Shown: positions 1 through 14,599 of the stretch, piece by piece
Layout: each line of letters begins with the position of its first letter
How positions within the stretch are numbered: position 1 is the first letter of the stretch
Origin: Eledone cirrhosa
Lineage: Eukaryota
Direction: 5' to 3'
DNA: 64,000 nt
NCBI GenBank assembly: GCA_964016885.1
Contig: OZ024750.1
Span: 19,220,001 to 19,284,000 of the forward strand
The notes under the pieces: generated by a model
Databases searched by the model: none
What the model saw: only the letters and a program-made list of their open reading frames with translations
What the model was told of the DNA's origin: nothing
Made by a program: the position numbers and the translations under genes

Positions 1-224
1 ACGGTCCTTTCAAGGTGAATTCACCATTGCTGAAATATTTAACGCTTGTAAAAGCTATACCCCCCCACGGCCATTCCTTTTTAATAAATATTCACTGAAG
101 CCCCACTGATTTTGGGTAATATAATTTATTATACGAGTGTTTCTATAATATAAAAGTTTCCCTTATATATGCGGATACATCACTGTCCTTTTCTGTTGGT
201 CGTCTGCCTGTCTCTGTATTACCC

Positions 225-535
225 TTCCATACACACACACTCACACATACTCTCTCTCTCTATCTCTATCTATCTCTATCTCTACACACATACACACACA
301 CACTCTCTCTCTATCTCTCTCTCTACACACATACACATACACTACACACACACCCTCTCTCTCTCTAACTCTATCTCTACACACATACACACACACACAC
401 AAACACACTCTCTCTCTCTCTCTCCATCTCCCTCTACAGACACATACACATACACACACACTCTCTCTCTATCTCCCTCTACACACACATACACATATAC
501 ACACACACCCTCTCTCTCTCTATCTCTCTCTCTAG

Positions 536-567
<32 letters not shown>

Positions 568-808
568 TCTCTCTATCTCTATCTCCCTCTACAGACACAT
601 ACGCATACACACACACTCTCTCTCTATCTCCCTCTACACACACATACACACACACACACACACACCCTCTCTCTCTATCTCTATCTCTACACACATACAC
701 ACACACACTCTCTCTCTATCTCTCTCTACACACACATACACATACAAACACACACCCTCTCTCTCCACACAGACAAACACACACACACACACTCTCTCTC
801 TCCACACA

Positions 809-842
<34 letters not shown>

Positions 843-890
843 CTGTCTCTTTATCTCTCTCTCTACTCACACACATACACAGGCACACAC

Positions 891-937
<47 letters not shown>
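225..937. repeat. Compound (CA)n/(CT)n microsatellite with roughly 60-bp higher-order periodicity, ending in (TA)n
   Basis: Alternating ACACAC and CTCTCT(ATCT) blocks; overlapping ORFs are repeat translations. Confidence 0.95.
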
Positions 938-941
<4 letters not shown>

Positions 942-1201
942 CTGGTTGTACATTTATTGATATATAAATAACAACAAATATTTACTGATGTGATGTGTCC
1001 ATAAGTCTGATAGATTCGTATTTACTAAACCCTCACACCCTCACACACATGCACACATACACATTTATTTACATACATACATAAATACATACATAGATAC
1101 ACACACACACACGCACACATATATATATATATATATATATGGATACAGGTACATATATATACATGTATATACGTATATGTATGTGTGTGTGTTTGTGCAT
1201 G

Positions 1202-1245
<44 letters not shown>

Positions 1246-2253
1246 TATATACACGTATATATATATGTACACACACATTATATATATATATGTGTATATA
1301 TGTATATATATATATGTGTGTGTATGTGTGTGTGTGTATACATACTTATCGTAGCTCTGAGGTTAAATGAAGAAGAAAGTTCGAGATTTTATCAGTTCTT
1401 GCCAAATTTATTACTGCTTATTTTTCATCTGAATATCAAAAGATACATTAGAACCCTAACATCGCAAACATGATCGAAACATGAGGAACGTACATACATT
1501 TGGTAATCGATTTCTACCACCGAGAAGCCCAGTGACTATGGTGTTGGAATCAGGATTATAAGACCGCTAAACTAGGGCGATGTGTTCTTCAGCAAAATAT
1601 TTATTTAAAATTGTTCCTTCTGCCAGGAGTTGCGACAAACAGATGGTATCAACAATGGAAAGACTTAATCCTTTAGAATTTACATTACTCTATATTTAAT
1701 ATTATATTTTCATGTTAAAGGCCTTAACTAACATAATTATCTCACATAATATTGAATGAGGTTTTGATATTATTTATTTTAAGAATAATACTTTAACATA
1801 AGTATGGGCAGCAAGTCATGGCCAGTTTAAACAGAAAGTGGTGAAAGAATTCTAGCCGGATACAGCCGGCTTAAAGTAACAAATATCGACTTCTGCCAGG
1901 TGTAGTGATCAGCTGATAGTATCAGCAATGGATCTGACCAAAGGACACATTGTTTCCTTGGTCAGATCTGACAAATGACTACTTTCCCTTCTATTTCCTG
2001 TTGAAAAACAGCAGTCACTATATACAAACATAAAAATGTATTAAATCAACAGGGCGCTGAAATAGCAGAATCGTTAGAGCGTTAAACTAAATGCATTGCA
2101 GCATTTAGTGGTAGTCTGTTACGTTCGTATCCCACAGTGATCAACTGTCATAATTCCGAAATCGATAACATAAAGCAGCAATCAAATTTCCTCCACCAAA
2201 AACTACTCGTCTACAGCCTGAATTAGAAAGCGAATCATAACGCACATACTCAC

Positions 2254-2321
2254 CATTTGTCCTTCACTAAAGATATAGATATTTTTCGTCTGTTGTCATC
2301 ATTAATTGTCTCAGTTGGGAA
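2254..2321 (-). CDS. Candidate 68-nt internal exon (FPTETINDDNRRKISISLVKDK.), gene unknown
   Basis: Minus strand: acceptor tattggtttcAG, donor ATG|GTGAGT, one open frame; no homology recognised. Confidence 0.25.
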
Positions 2322-2368
2322 CTGAAACCAATACAATGCCAACATTATGACAATTATTATTGATATTA

Positions 2369-2757
2369 GGCGGTGAATTAGCAGTATCGGTAGAGTGTCG
2401 GATGCCATGCTTTGACGCATAGAGTTACGGCCCTTGCCATTGTGAGTTCAAATCCCGCCGAGGTTAACTTTGCCTTTCATCCTTACCGGGTCGATAAAAT
2501 AAAGTACCAGTAATACACTGGGTATTTGCTGGCCTTGTGCCTAACGTAGAAACAATTATTGATATTAGGCGGTGAATTGGCAGTATCGGTAGAAGGTTGG
2601 ACGCCATGCTTTCTAGCATAGTTACGTCCCTTTACGGTCTGAGTTCAAATCCCGCCAAGGTTAACTTTGCCTTTCATCCTTACGGGGTCGATAAAATAAA
2701 GTACCAGTAATGTACTGGATAATTGCTGGCCTTGTGCCTAAAGTAGAAACAATTATT
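2369..2757 (+). mobile_element. Two head-to-tail tRNA-derived SINEs (family A)
   Basis: Box A-like TGGCAGTATCGG, box B GAGTTCAAATCC, conserved body GCCTTTCATCCTTACGGGGTCGATAAAATAAAGTACCAG; AATTATTGATATTAG-like motif at all three junctions. Confidence 0.9.
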
Positions 2758-2922
2758 GATATTAGAAACCCAGTGGAAATATCAAATATCAAATCATTAA
2801 TATCGAAACTTCAAACTATTTTGAGTTAAAGTACTATAGATAAATTTCTGATATATATATAATTCTTAAATATATACATATATATATAATTCTTATATAT
2901 ATATATTATGTATAATTTCATA

Positions 2923-2983
<61 letters not shown>

Positions 2984-3629
2984 CTTATATATATATTTAA
3001 TTTCATAGAAAATTATTCCATTTCATTATTTCATTTTACTTTTATATATTCACGTATCTGTAGTTTAATATGCCTGTTTAAAGTTGATAACATCCACTAG
3101 TTGATTTATACGTCTCTCTTATGTGTCTCTGTTATTTAGACATTGTAGACTTTTCAAAGACGGATAAATCATTTCGTTATCAAATTTTCTAAATCTTTAA
3201 CTTGAGAGTGTGGCTTCCGTCAATATCATCAGATATTATCTGCTCTCTGTAGGTTCAATACTATGGATCATTATCTCAGTCTTTATTGTGCTGTCTTTTT
3301 TATATTCACCACCAGCCCCAGATCTACAGCTACAGACGTGCTGTCTCCTTCTCCCCTTATCTTTTTCATTGTATCTATGATGATTTCTGATCTTCGGAGG
3401 TTACTAGTGCGGTTCCACTTCCATTTTAGTTCACCCAATTATTTTTTATCTCTCCACCACTCAATCTTCAACCCCAGTTGTGTACTACATGATAGTATGT
3501 AACGTGCATTCGCTAAGGAGGTTAGTTGCCCAGGCAGCGGCGAGCAGACAGACTCATGGACCTCTCTGGCTTGATCTAGCAGAACACCCATGACATGATT
3601 ACTGGAGAGAAAGAGATAGATAATGAAAG

Positions 3630-3662
<33 letters not shown>

Positions 3663-3677
3663 AAGAGAGAGAGAATG

Positions 3678-3728
<51 letters not shown>

Positions 3729-4628
3729 CAGAGAGAGACAGAGAGAGACTAGTAATGAGCCGGTACATTCTTATATATATAATGTTGACTTTAATATACA
3801 TGAACCTATTTAGCATAAATAAATTCAAAGAGATGGAATAAAAATGTCTAATCTTCTGAGAAATTCATATTTATAGTGATATAATAATTATTTCTACCTC
3901 CTCTCTGTAAATACTTCATAGGTGCGACATCGTTATAATAACAGATATTTGGGTAACATTCCTAAACGCACAGAATTAGGATGAACAGCGTTTCAACAAT
4001 AACCATCTATTTATGGAAGTTTAAGTTTGTATTGTCCATTGTATCTTTTGACAATAGGGTGTCATTTGCTGATGTCTTCTATGTCAATCAAGCAACCCTA
4101 CCTCATTTTAATACATGGACGACGGTTCTAGTTCTGATTATATTTTTATCCTTGTCGCTTCATACTTTAACCAGGACTGTGTATATCACGATAGTATTTT
4201 CTGATAGTCGCAGAGGTTAAGAAAATAGCTTAATGAGATTAATCATTCCTTCTCTCAACCTATGCATCTGACAAAGTTCATTACGTTTTCATCCGTCATG
4301 AGATGATGTGATTTATTTAATGAAGAATAACAAGTCTATTATACAAAAATATTATAGTGATTCATAGCTTCAGGATCCTTTCTCCTCACACAGTTGGGTT
4401 ACTAATTCCAAAACCTGAAAAGTGTCATGGGCATTGACATTTCATCTCTGACTAAAGAGTAAAAATGATTTGAAACTGTAAGAATTGTTGGAAGCCTTTG
4501 AGTTTCACCTCTAATTTGCGGATAGCTTCCTCCTTCACACTTCCATATACAAACCTCGGACATCCTGAAAATTATTACGGTCACTAAACTTCCCATCCGA
4601 CTAAAAATTAGAAAAGAATTTGAAATAA

Positions 4629-5019
4629 AATAATTGTTTCTACTTTTGGCACAAGGCCAGCAATTACCCAGTGCATTACTGGTACTTTATTTTATCGACC
4701 CCGTAAGGATGAAAGGCAAAATAAACCTCGGCGGGATTTGAACTCAGAATGGCAAGGACCGTAACTCTATGCGTCAAAGCATGGCGTCCGACCCCCTACC
4801 GATACTGCCAATCCACCGCCAATTTGTAATAAAATAATTGTTTCTACTTTAGGCACAAAGCCAGCAACTACCCAGTACATCACTGGTACTTTATTTTATC
4901 GACCCCGTAAGGATGAAAGGCAAAGTTACACTCGGCGGGATTTGAACTCGGACTGTAAAGGGACGTAACTATGCTAGAAAGCATGGCGTCCAACCCTCTA
5001 CCGATACTGCCAATTCACC
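4629..5019 (-). mobile_element. Two head-to-tail family A SINEs
   Basis: Reverse complement of the 2369-2757 unit, two copies. Confidence 0.9.
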
Positions 5020-5084
5020 AATAAAATAATATCTTCGTATTACATGAGAATAAATTAAATCTACTTATGTGTCGAAGTTTATTC

Positions 5085-5495
5085 GTAGTCAAGTGGATAG
5101 TGCGTTGAATTCACAAACAACAGTTTCTGAGTGCGATGACTAAACAACGCGGAGCGTTGCGTCTTGAGCAAAATAATTTATTTTACATTGCTCGGACTGA
5201 TAGTAGTTACGATCGGTAAGTAGTATTAGCAATAGAACGAACAGAAGCAGTTTCCTTGATTCCTCTACCAGGAGTTGCAATCACTATCAACGATGGATAG
5301 ACCAATGGAAATATTGCTTGCTTGGTCCAATCTCATAATCTACTTCTTTATTCTGCCAAGAGTTGCGACCAGTGGCTAATGTCAATAATAGAAAGACCAG
5401 CGGAAGCATAGTTTCTTTGCTTCGATCTGACAATCTACCCCTTTCTTCTGCCAAAGGTTGCGACCGACAGATAGTATCAGCAATGGAACAACTAA
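5085..5495 (+). mobile_element. Degenerate tRNA-SINE (family B) with about 4 tandem copies of its ~90-bp tail unit
   Basis: Diverged head and GTCTTGAGCAAAA motif, then repeated TTCTGCCAGGAGTTGCGACC...GATAGTATCAGCAATGGA-type units. Confidence 0.55.
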
Positions 5496-5880
5496 TATAA
5501 ATATTGTTTTTGCTTAGAACTAACAAACGGCTCGTCTCATTTCCTTTCCTTTCCTTGCCTATTTTTAATTTTTATTTCATTCGTTAAATTTATACGTTAG
5601 TCAAAATCGTACCCGATATTAAAACAATTTCATCATTGTTTTGACTTCAGTTTCAATGATTTAAATCATGGGAGAGAGATAACATGATAGGCTTCTTATA
5701 TGAAATATCAATATTACAAAAATAGAAGGGGAGACAAGTGACTTATGTGAGTGGTTATACGATAGTATGTTCTTGCAACGATATGTTTTCCAATACATCA
5801 ATTAAGTAGACAACAGTGTGTAGAAATTGAGAATTGAATGACAGGCATCATTGGACGAGGATGAAGGCGGGAAGAGTGGA

Positions 5881-6312
<432 letters not shown>

Positions 6313-6314
6313 AA

Positions 6315-6525
6315 GGCGTGTGGCTGAGTGGTTAGAGAATTGGATTCACAATCTTGAGGTTGTGAGTTCGATTCCTGGACCGGGCGATGCGTTATGTCCT
6401 TGAGCAAGACACTTTATTTCACGTTGCTCCTTCTACCTGGAGTTGCGACCGATAGATAGTATTAGCAATTGGAAAGACCAACGGAAACATTGTTCCCTCG
6501 GTCCGATTTGACGAAAGTCGATCGA
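6315..6525 (+). mobile_element. tRNA-derived SINE family B
   Basis: Box A TGGCTGAGTGG, box B GAGTTCGATTCC, TGTCCTTGAGCAAGACACTTTATTTCACGTTGCTCC core; close copy at 56937-57100. Confidence 0.85.
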
Positions 6526-6538
6526 TCCCCCCCAAAAA

Positions 6539-6575
<37 letters not shown>

Positions 6576-7047
6576 ATATATACATATGTACACGCACACA
6601 TACACATGTTTGCAAAAATAAATATATACATACACAACCACACACATACAGACGTATATATAAAAACATGTATACAACCATATTACACATCCACATACAT
6701 ACACAAAAAGGTCTACAATAAAGAGCATAGGTTCATAACCTACGTACATACGCGCGCACACGCACATAATAAAATCAACCCACGCATACAAATACCATAC
6801 CTAAAACCATACACACAAAACACAAAAGTATATATACACACAGCCGCATACACACACACATATACGTAACCACATACATATAACCAATTAAATATAATAA
6901 ACATATACAATCACACACACATATATATATAAACAAACACACATATATACGTATACGTATATATATATATACACACACATATATACGTATATACACACAT
7001 ATATATACATATATATATATGTATATACATAAATATGTATAAATATG

Positions 7048-7079
<32 letters not shown>

Positions 7080-7581
7080 CATACACACATACATATATAT
7101 ATATATATACACACGCACACATACACACACAGACACACACACATACTCACATACAAAAAAAAAAAAACTATAAATGTATGTACACATAAGGCTGTTTACA
7201 TAAGCGCCCACACACAACCCTATATAAGTACCATAAAAGACCTAGTGGGTAAGTAGGGACAAAAGGGGAGTAAAACTGAAATAAAATAATAAACACAATT
7301 ATTAAGAACAGGTAAGGGAAAAAGTGTTGTAAAAGGATTGTAATGAGATCTAGATACGAGTATCTGGTTAAAAAGTGAACTCAGTAAAGGTGGTGGGTGT
7401 GTATGTGTAAAAGGTAAAGTAGAAAATAGGGGTGGGGGATTATAATGCATTGAAACATTTTTTAATAAAATAAAAATAAAAAAGGTATATAGGCGATGAG
7501 GGAGAAAAAGTATATATGGGTAGAAAGTATGGGTGCATAAGATTCGTGGTGAGTGGAAGGCGTGATGAGTAAAGAAGAAGC

Positions 7582-8245
7582 TCAAGGTGGTTGAGTAATC
7601 GTAGGAATGTTAATCCAGTTAAAAAGTAGATGCGATTTCAGATGTGGACAACATCTAAAGATCTCGGTCTTAGAGTTGAGGCAAGTGGAAGGGGCTTTCA
7701 AGTTTTGGAGAATTCTAAATTTTTCCGAGGTGCACAAAGAACATTTCTTTGTGCCTCTTTAGTATTCGCTTGAATGGTCTAAAATAGACCAATCAATAGT
7801 ATACGGAATGTTTTTGTCTTTAAATTCCCACACTTTATTTGCCAGCGCCGTTGCAGTTCTTTTATCAGGGTGTTTAAAAGAAGCGATATGTGCATAATAT
7901 CTAGTTTTGAATCTGTCCTGAGTCATGCCAACATATCGTTCACTCCTGGCTGGCTGGTTATTAATCATCGGTGTCAATTTGACCTCATACACAATGGATT
8001 TGGTATTACATTTACCCTGTAATGGGTATTCTTCAGGCTTCTTGCAACTACATCCTGGATTCACTCTCGTACGCTTAGAATTGGTAATTTTAGTCTTCAT
8101 TGATGGGCAGCAAGGTAACTGATTTTGATTACATTTCTATTAAATATCTTATTATATCTATGATTAGGGAGAAAATGTCTGTCTAGGAGGTCGAGGCATT
8201 TTCTTCCTACATTAGTTTTAACAGTTATAGAGAAGAGGGGATGTA
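7582..8245 (-). pseudogene. Penelope-like retroelement C-terminal fragment (linker + GIY-YIG endonuclease), decayed
   Basis: Translates to PLFSITVKTNVGRKCLDLLDRHF..KIFNRNVIKISY, frameshift, then CSC..PLQGKC..IVY..YVGMT..FKTRY..H..SF..IDWSIL..Y*..CSLCTSEK..LNSKTEIFRCCPH; motifs typical of PLE endonucleases (Naiad/Neptune-like from memory); internal stop at 7759. Confidence 0.9.
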
Positions 8246-8504
8246 ACTACTATTTCTAACACTCCTAGTGACCTTTTGGCACCGCAAGGTTGAGTTTGGA
8301 GTGAGATTTCGCTGCTATTTCTCAAAGTATTAATGATCTTGAGGGACCGTTATATCATTAACAAATTAATTATGATTTTATTGATAGTTATATGTCGTTT
8401 AATGATATTTGATTTTTCTTTTCCAAAAACTAATTAAAATTAATTATTTTCAAACAATGGCTGCAATCGTAATCAATTTATTGAATTCTATTACAATTCC
8501 CACA

Positions 8505-8710
8505 ATGATGATGATGATGGTATTTGTGATGATGATATAGATGATGCTGATTGCGGCGGTGGTGGTGGCGATGGTGGCAATAATAATGATGATGATGATA
8601 TTTGTCGGTGGTGGCGATGATGACAATGATGATGATGATGTTGACAATGATGAAGATGGTGATAGTAATGGTGATGATGATGATAGTAATGATGATAGTG
8701 ATGATGGTGC
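8505..8710. repeat. (GAT)n-rich trinucleotide repeat
   Basis: Degenerate GAT/GGT run. Confidence 0.9.
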
Positions 8711-9913
8711 AGAAGATATGATACAGATGAAATCGATAACGAGGCAGTCTCAATACCATCATTGTCATAATATCCACCCACCAGCAACAACAAAACTGCC
8801 ATCATCACCACAATGATGTCCGATGCTCTAACGATTCCATGATTACACAATCCATCATCCATCACACAGACTCTGAGAAAGACGGTGAGATGGATAATAG
8901 ATTTAGAAACTAGAAATAGATAGTAACATAACCACTACCTGCTAGTCAATATATCAATCTACCATGATCAAATAACCCTCTGAAACGAACGTAAAAAAAT
9001 GAACTATTTAAGAACCTATCTTCGAATTTTCTTTTATTTTCATTGTCCAATACATAAACACATATATATAACTGACTCTGTAGCTTGAGTAGAGTTTTCG
9101 AGGGAACATTATGCGATGAGAGCCTACTACAAAAACTATAGCACTCACTGCCTAATCTCGTTGAAACCAACTCTTCGAGGCCGCATTGAGTTCTACCAAC
9201 CGTATCATAACATGTATCTAACTATGACGATTGATTCCTCTGACCCAAGCGCAAATAAACAGTAAACAGTAAACCAATGCTATTAAGCATATATAATCCT
9301 CAAATTTAAACCCGGTCTGACCCACCAGATATATACCAAACAAGACATAAAGCTAAAGCATGACCATTCGCGCCCTTCAGAAATACACTCAAAACAGTCT
9401 TTGCATAACAACAACTAAACTGACACCTATTGATGGTAAAGGAGCTCGCAGTATAAATACCAAATATATAACTAGAGATAAAACTATATAAAAGCAACGA
9501 GGGAAAGAATAACCCAACCTAGAGAGATAAGTATATAAAATTAGATTCGTGGTTTTTGCTGATTATTTTCGGCTTCATGCTGCGTTCGACAAAAGATTAA
9601 ATGATGTTAGCGAATCGACTTTTTCTTGAACATTAATCTGAATACAGAAAGTGAAATATCAGGAACGATGGTTAGTAAGTATCAGCGCCAGGGCACTAAA
9701 TTGGTTTTCACTGTGATAAATGCTATTGAACCAGTAAGTAACTACCTTGGCGATGAATAACAAACTGAATTGTAAAACCGCCATGCTGGAAAATAAAATA
9801 TATCTTTATCTAAAGCCATCTTGAATCCTCCATTTTATTTATAAAAATAAACATATTTCATAGAATATATTTATACTTTTTTTATACCTGTATAAATTCT
9901 CCACACAGATCCT

Positions 9914-9958
<45 letters not shown>

Positions 9959-10078
9959 ACGCACACACACACAAACACACACGCACGCACACACACATAT
10001 ATATACATACATATATACATACATATATACATATATATACTTGCATATACAAACGAACACGTATACATCAGTACTTGT

Positions 10079-10172
<94 letters not shown>

Positions 10173-10229
10173 GTATATATTTAGATATGTATATATATGT
10201 ATATATATATGTAGATAAATCTACCAAGA

Positions 10230-10376
10230 GTTTACGCTGAAGACGGCATATATGTGTGTTTGGTATGTATATTTAATCTTGATAGTTTGTATAATTTTGT
10301 ATAATTTTGTACATAGATCTGTTGAATATGCATGCCAATTCTAACACATATATATCCTAGAAACGATCGTTAAATA
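10230..10376 (+). ncRNA. Hammerhead-ribozyme-like motif with long stem II (probably decayed)
   Basis: CTGAAGA 10237-10243; ATATATGTGT/ACACATATAT stem; GAAAC-GATC-GTT with palindromic AACGATCGTT; stem I poor. Confidence 0.45.
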
Positions 10377-10451
10377 ATGAACTTTTTTTGTTTAATATAA
10401 GGAACTGTTTCATTGTTTTATTCATTATTTGTTTAATATTTTATGTATATA

Positions 10452-10508
<57 letters not shown>

Positions 10509-10883
10509 TTATATATATATATATATATGTATATATTTATATATATATATATATATATACATACATAACCATGAGTGTTAATTGCTCTAATATAAACGTA
10601 AAATCTCTCCAAACCAATGCTATCCATCAAATCAACCAAACATTATCCATATACATAAACTCAAACGATGCTTCCATATACGCTTGACATAAAATAGAAT
10701 TAAACACTCCCTGTAGAACTATATCTATAAACACTCCTGGCATACCCATACGGGTACTGTGGAGACAACCGTGTATGTATATATATATATATTTATTTGC
10801 TCTACGGTTTTTACATATATTTTTTTATATATATAGTCCTTATCGAGAGTTCTTCGGATTTTAGTCTTCACATTTTTTATTAT

Positions 10884-10920
<37 letters not shown>

Positions 10921-11818
10921 TTATTTATATTTTTTATTATTACTATATATATATATATATATTTTTTTTTATTTATATTTTTTATTATTACTATATATAT
11001 ATATATATATATATATTTTTAATTCATATTTTTTATTATTACTATATATATATATATTTTTTTTTTTATTACTATATATATATATATATATACATATTAT
11101 TACTATATATATATTATTACTATATATATATATACATATATATATACATATTAATACTATATATATATATATATATATACATATATATACATATATATAT
11201 ACATATTAATACTATATATATATATATATATATATACATATATATATGCATATGCGTATACACACATATCTATACATATTACATATTTCCCACTTGACAA
11301 GAAATTCCATAAATCAACCAATAAAATACAGTTAAGATATATTTTTCTACCACCGATAACTTCGCAGATTATATTGCATTCAGCAACCACCAGTAAATCT
11401 ACAAGCACAATTCATGTTCTAACATCAATAATTCATTACAACGCAAACCCCGTAGCCAGGTTTTCTGCTAGGTAATGCCATTCGAATATATGTTAAAACA
11501 TGGGGATGCCAAAACAAAATAAAGAAATATTGTTTAGTAAAATATATATATTATTCCAAACAAAGACACATTATACAATGAAATGTCAAAAAAATAGTTC
11601 TCGTGGTTTCTTTAACCACTCATTTGCAAAGTCTTCAAATTTAATTTTTTCTCATTCATCTTTTTCGAAAAAGATGAATGTCAAATTGCATTCTCTGTAA
11701 TGTGACTTCTTCTTTGTCGTGAGTCTATGTGAGCCATAGCAGAAAACAGGCATTCAACTTTTGACGAAGACTTATAGCCACATGTTAATACAATTCTATA
11801 TAGCATTATTATTGCAGA

Positions 11819-12213
11819 GGCGGTAAATTGGCAGTATCGGTAGAGGGTTGGACGCCATGCTTTCTAGCACAGTTACGTCCCTTTACAGCCTGAGTTCAAA
11901 TCCAGCCGAGGTTAACTTTGCCTTTCATCCTTACGGGGTCGATAAAATAAAGTACCAGTAATGTACTGGATAATTGCTGGCCTTGTGCCTAAAGTAGAAA
12001 CAATTATATTGTATATATACAAGGTTGGTGAATTGGCAGTATCGGTAGAGGGTCAGACGCCATGCTTTCTAGCACAGTTACGTCCCTTTACAGTCTGAGT
12101 TCAAATCCAGCCGAGGTTAACTTTGCCTTTCATCCTTACAGAGTCGATAAAATAAAGTACCAGTAATGTACTGGGTAATTGCTGGCCTTGTGCCTAAAGT
12201 AGAAACAATTATT
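11819..12213 (+). mobile_element. Family A SINE dimer nested in the hAT element
   Basis: Two full copies; ATTATTGCAGAGG at both outer ends (11808-11820, 12208-12220). Confidence 0.9.
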
Positions 12214-12259
12214 GCAGAGGTCGTTGATTGATATTTTGTATGTAATAATTTATATATAT

Positions 12260-12510
12260 CCCAAAAGTCAGCTCAAAAGTGACACAGAGGAGACTGAGGT
12301 TAGCTGGACATGCTCACCGACATCCAGAGTTGACATTGCACTCAGTGCTCCTTTGGGAGCCCCTACATGGACACACTAGAAGAGGAAGACCAAGGTTAAC
12401 GTATGTTGATGCCCTAAGGACAGACACTGGTCTGTTGGAGACGCAGGACATGGCAGCGATAATGAGGGACAGAGAACTCGTCCATGGATCTCGGGAATTT
12501 TACCCGCCTT
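12260..12510 (+). pseudogene. RTE-type LINE 3'-end fragment
   Basis: RRLRLAGHAHRHPEL..VLLWEPLHG..RRGRPRLTYVDAL..DTG..MRDRE matches the RTE/RTE-X ORF C-terminal pattern. Confidence 0.85.
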
Positions 12511-13639
12511 AGAAAAGAAAATAGAATATCTTGAATATCTAATGTTTTTTATGCAGACGCAGAGCAGTCATACAATGTATTAGAATACAATGTATTAGAA
12601 TATATAATGTAAAAACATACCTTTAAACTTTCACGAAATTTTAGTTTCAATTTTACAATACAATTTTAGAAAAAGAATGCAGGTATTTAATAATAGGTAA
12701 TTATATAAAATATTTCCTGTATACATGTGATACCTCATGCAAATATTTAAACAAATAGAAAGATATTATAAGATGTGTATGTATATTCTCTCTCCTCATA
12801 TTCGTATATGTATATTGTATATATGCTTTGTCCAAATTACAAGTCAAACCTTATAATATTGTGATATTGTCTTATATAGGCTTATTCTGTGTCATTAATG
12901 TTTTATTTTGCCTTTACCTGTTGTGTTAATTTAAAAAAATAAAATCTTGTTTGATGGGGATGCCAAAACTAAATTTGCTTTTGATAGGGGATGCTGGGTA
13001 CCCCCTGGCATCACCTTGGCTATGGGCCTGTTACAACGCAATCCACCTACTACTAACTCAAATGACATATCTAGTACTTCGAATGTAAGCAGGCTAACAC
13101 GACTAGCGATATTAGGGTTAACCTTGATCTCTCCAGATGAAACTGCCCCTTTAGCCAATATAAACTATAACTGTAGGAAGTAGGACTCCTAATAATTGTC
13201 CTCCTGGCGGTTTATGCCTACCTAGCAATATAGTATATAAATGTACGGTAAAAACCCAGCACTTTAGTAATTCATATATCGGGGCCACAGGGGGCCCACA
13301 GCTAAATCTTCACTACGCCTCGCGGACAAGTTGACAAAACCGTTGACGCACACGAGAACAACCAGTAATACTCGCTACATCAGCCATTCCACTTCCTGTG
13401 GTTCCATCCAGAGACTTTATGCACCCTCATAATTTGATAAAGGAAAATGTCAGTCCGCGAACCAATTACAGATGAGTGGGGTCTGATGGCGATTGGTCAA
13501 TGTCTGATAATGAGTAAGCTTTTGCCTGGGTCTTTTTGCCGAAGTGATAAAGTTGGCACTTGCAAAACTGTCACAACATGAAGCAAATATAGAATAATTT
13601 TACATATTCAATCCCTTTTATTTTATTGTCGACCTCCTT

Positions 13640-13970
13640 AGTGCGCTGGATTGGCAGTATTGGTAGAGAGTCAGACGCCATGCTTTGTAGCATAGAGTTA
13701 CGGCCCTTTACAGCCTGAGTTCAAATCCTGCCGAGGTTAACTTTGCCTTTCTCCCTTACAGGGTCGATAAAGCACCAGTAACGTACTGGGGTCGATTTAA
13801 TGGACTTTCCCCCCTCTCAAATTACTGGCCTTGTGGCTATACTAGAAATCATTTTATTTTCGACCCCTAAATGAGAAAAAGTAAAAATTAACCTCGATGT
13901 GATTTGATCTCGGAACAGGGAGAACCGGAACAAATAACATGAAGCATTTGTGCTACGATTTAACAATTCA
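13640..13970. mobile_element. Family A SINE (+, 13640-13850) followed by a degenerate reverse copy
   Basis: Box B GAGTTCAAATCC and conserved body; AACCTCGATGTGATTTGATCTC is a reverse remnant. Confidence 0.8.
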
Positions 13971-14599
13971 CCCGTGTATTAAAATAAAATCGTCTATTTG
14001 AGATATTTGAAAAATAATAACATTGTTTATTCATTCACGTTGTAGGAATAATGGATTACTAAAACACACACATCCACACACATAAATAAATAAATTGTTT
14101 CTAAGATATTGTTGTTTACCATACCGAGTATTTCAGAATTCAATCTCAGCTGCTCCTTTACAAACAGTCATACTTGAATTAAAATGTTCACGTCCATATT
14201 CTCATAGAAGTAATCTTAAGGACGGCCGTTTAAAATATGACATTCCTTTGTGTTTATCTTAATAAAACTGGTTTATTATGTTTCAAAATACTCAAGTATT
14301 TACATATTGAAGATTATTAAAATTAGAGCTGTTTTTAACAGAAAGTTCTTTCCAAACTATAGTCTATTATTTTCTTAAAAGTAAAATGAATATTCAGAAT
14401 AACATTTCGTATAGTTTAGTTGTTTGGATTCACAAATCCGCAAAGATAAATAATAATTGTGAAGAGGATGTTACACATATGTGATTCTATAAAAGAATAA
14501 TATATTTATTGAATTCTATACATGCAGTCGTTTGCTAACTCTCGTTGAAGATTATTGACAAAATTCTTTAATTTTACCCTGATACCCTAGAATGCAATG

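Larger units (their letters stand above)
11444..13030 (-). mobile_element. Internally deleted hAT DNA transposon with nested SINE dimer and RTE fragment
   Basis: Perfect 8-bp TSD TTACAACG (11436-11443, 13031-13038); imperfect TIRs CAAACCCCGTAGCCAGG / CCTTGGCTATGGGCCTG; subterminal GGGGATGCCAAAAC near both ends; minus-strand remnant SSSKVECLFSAMAHIDSRQRRS...KIKFEDFANEWLKKPRELFF (about 11590-11790) like the hAT dimerisation domain. Confidence 0.88.

Noticed and set aside
4400-4600. Possible minus-strand exon
   Set aside because: Acceptor plausible but frame and donor ambiguous; no protein motif
6315-6385. tRNA gene
   Set aside because: tRNA-like head runs into a SINE body; no acceptor stem closure or poly-T terminator; same for other SINE heads
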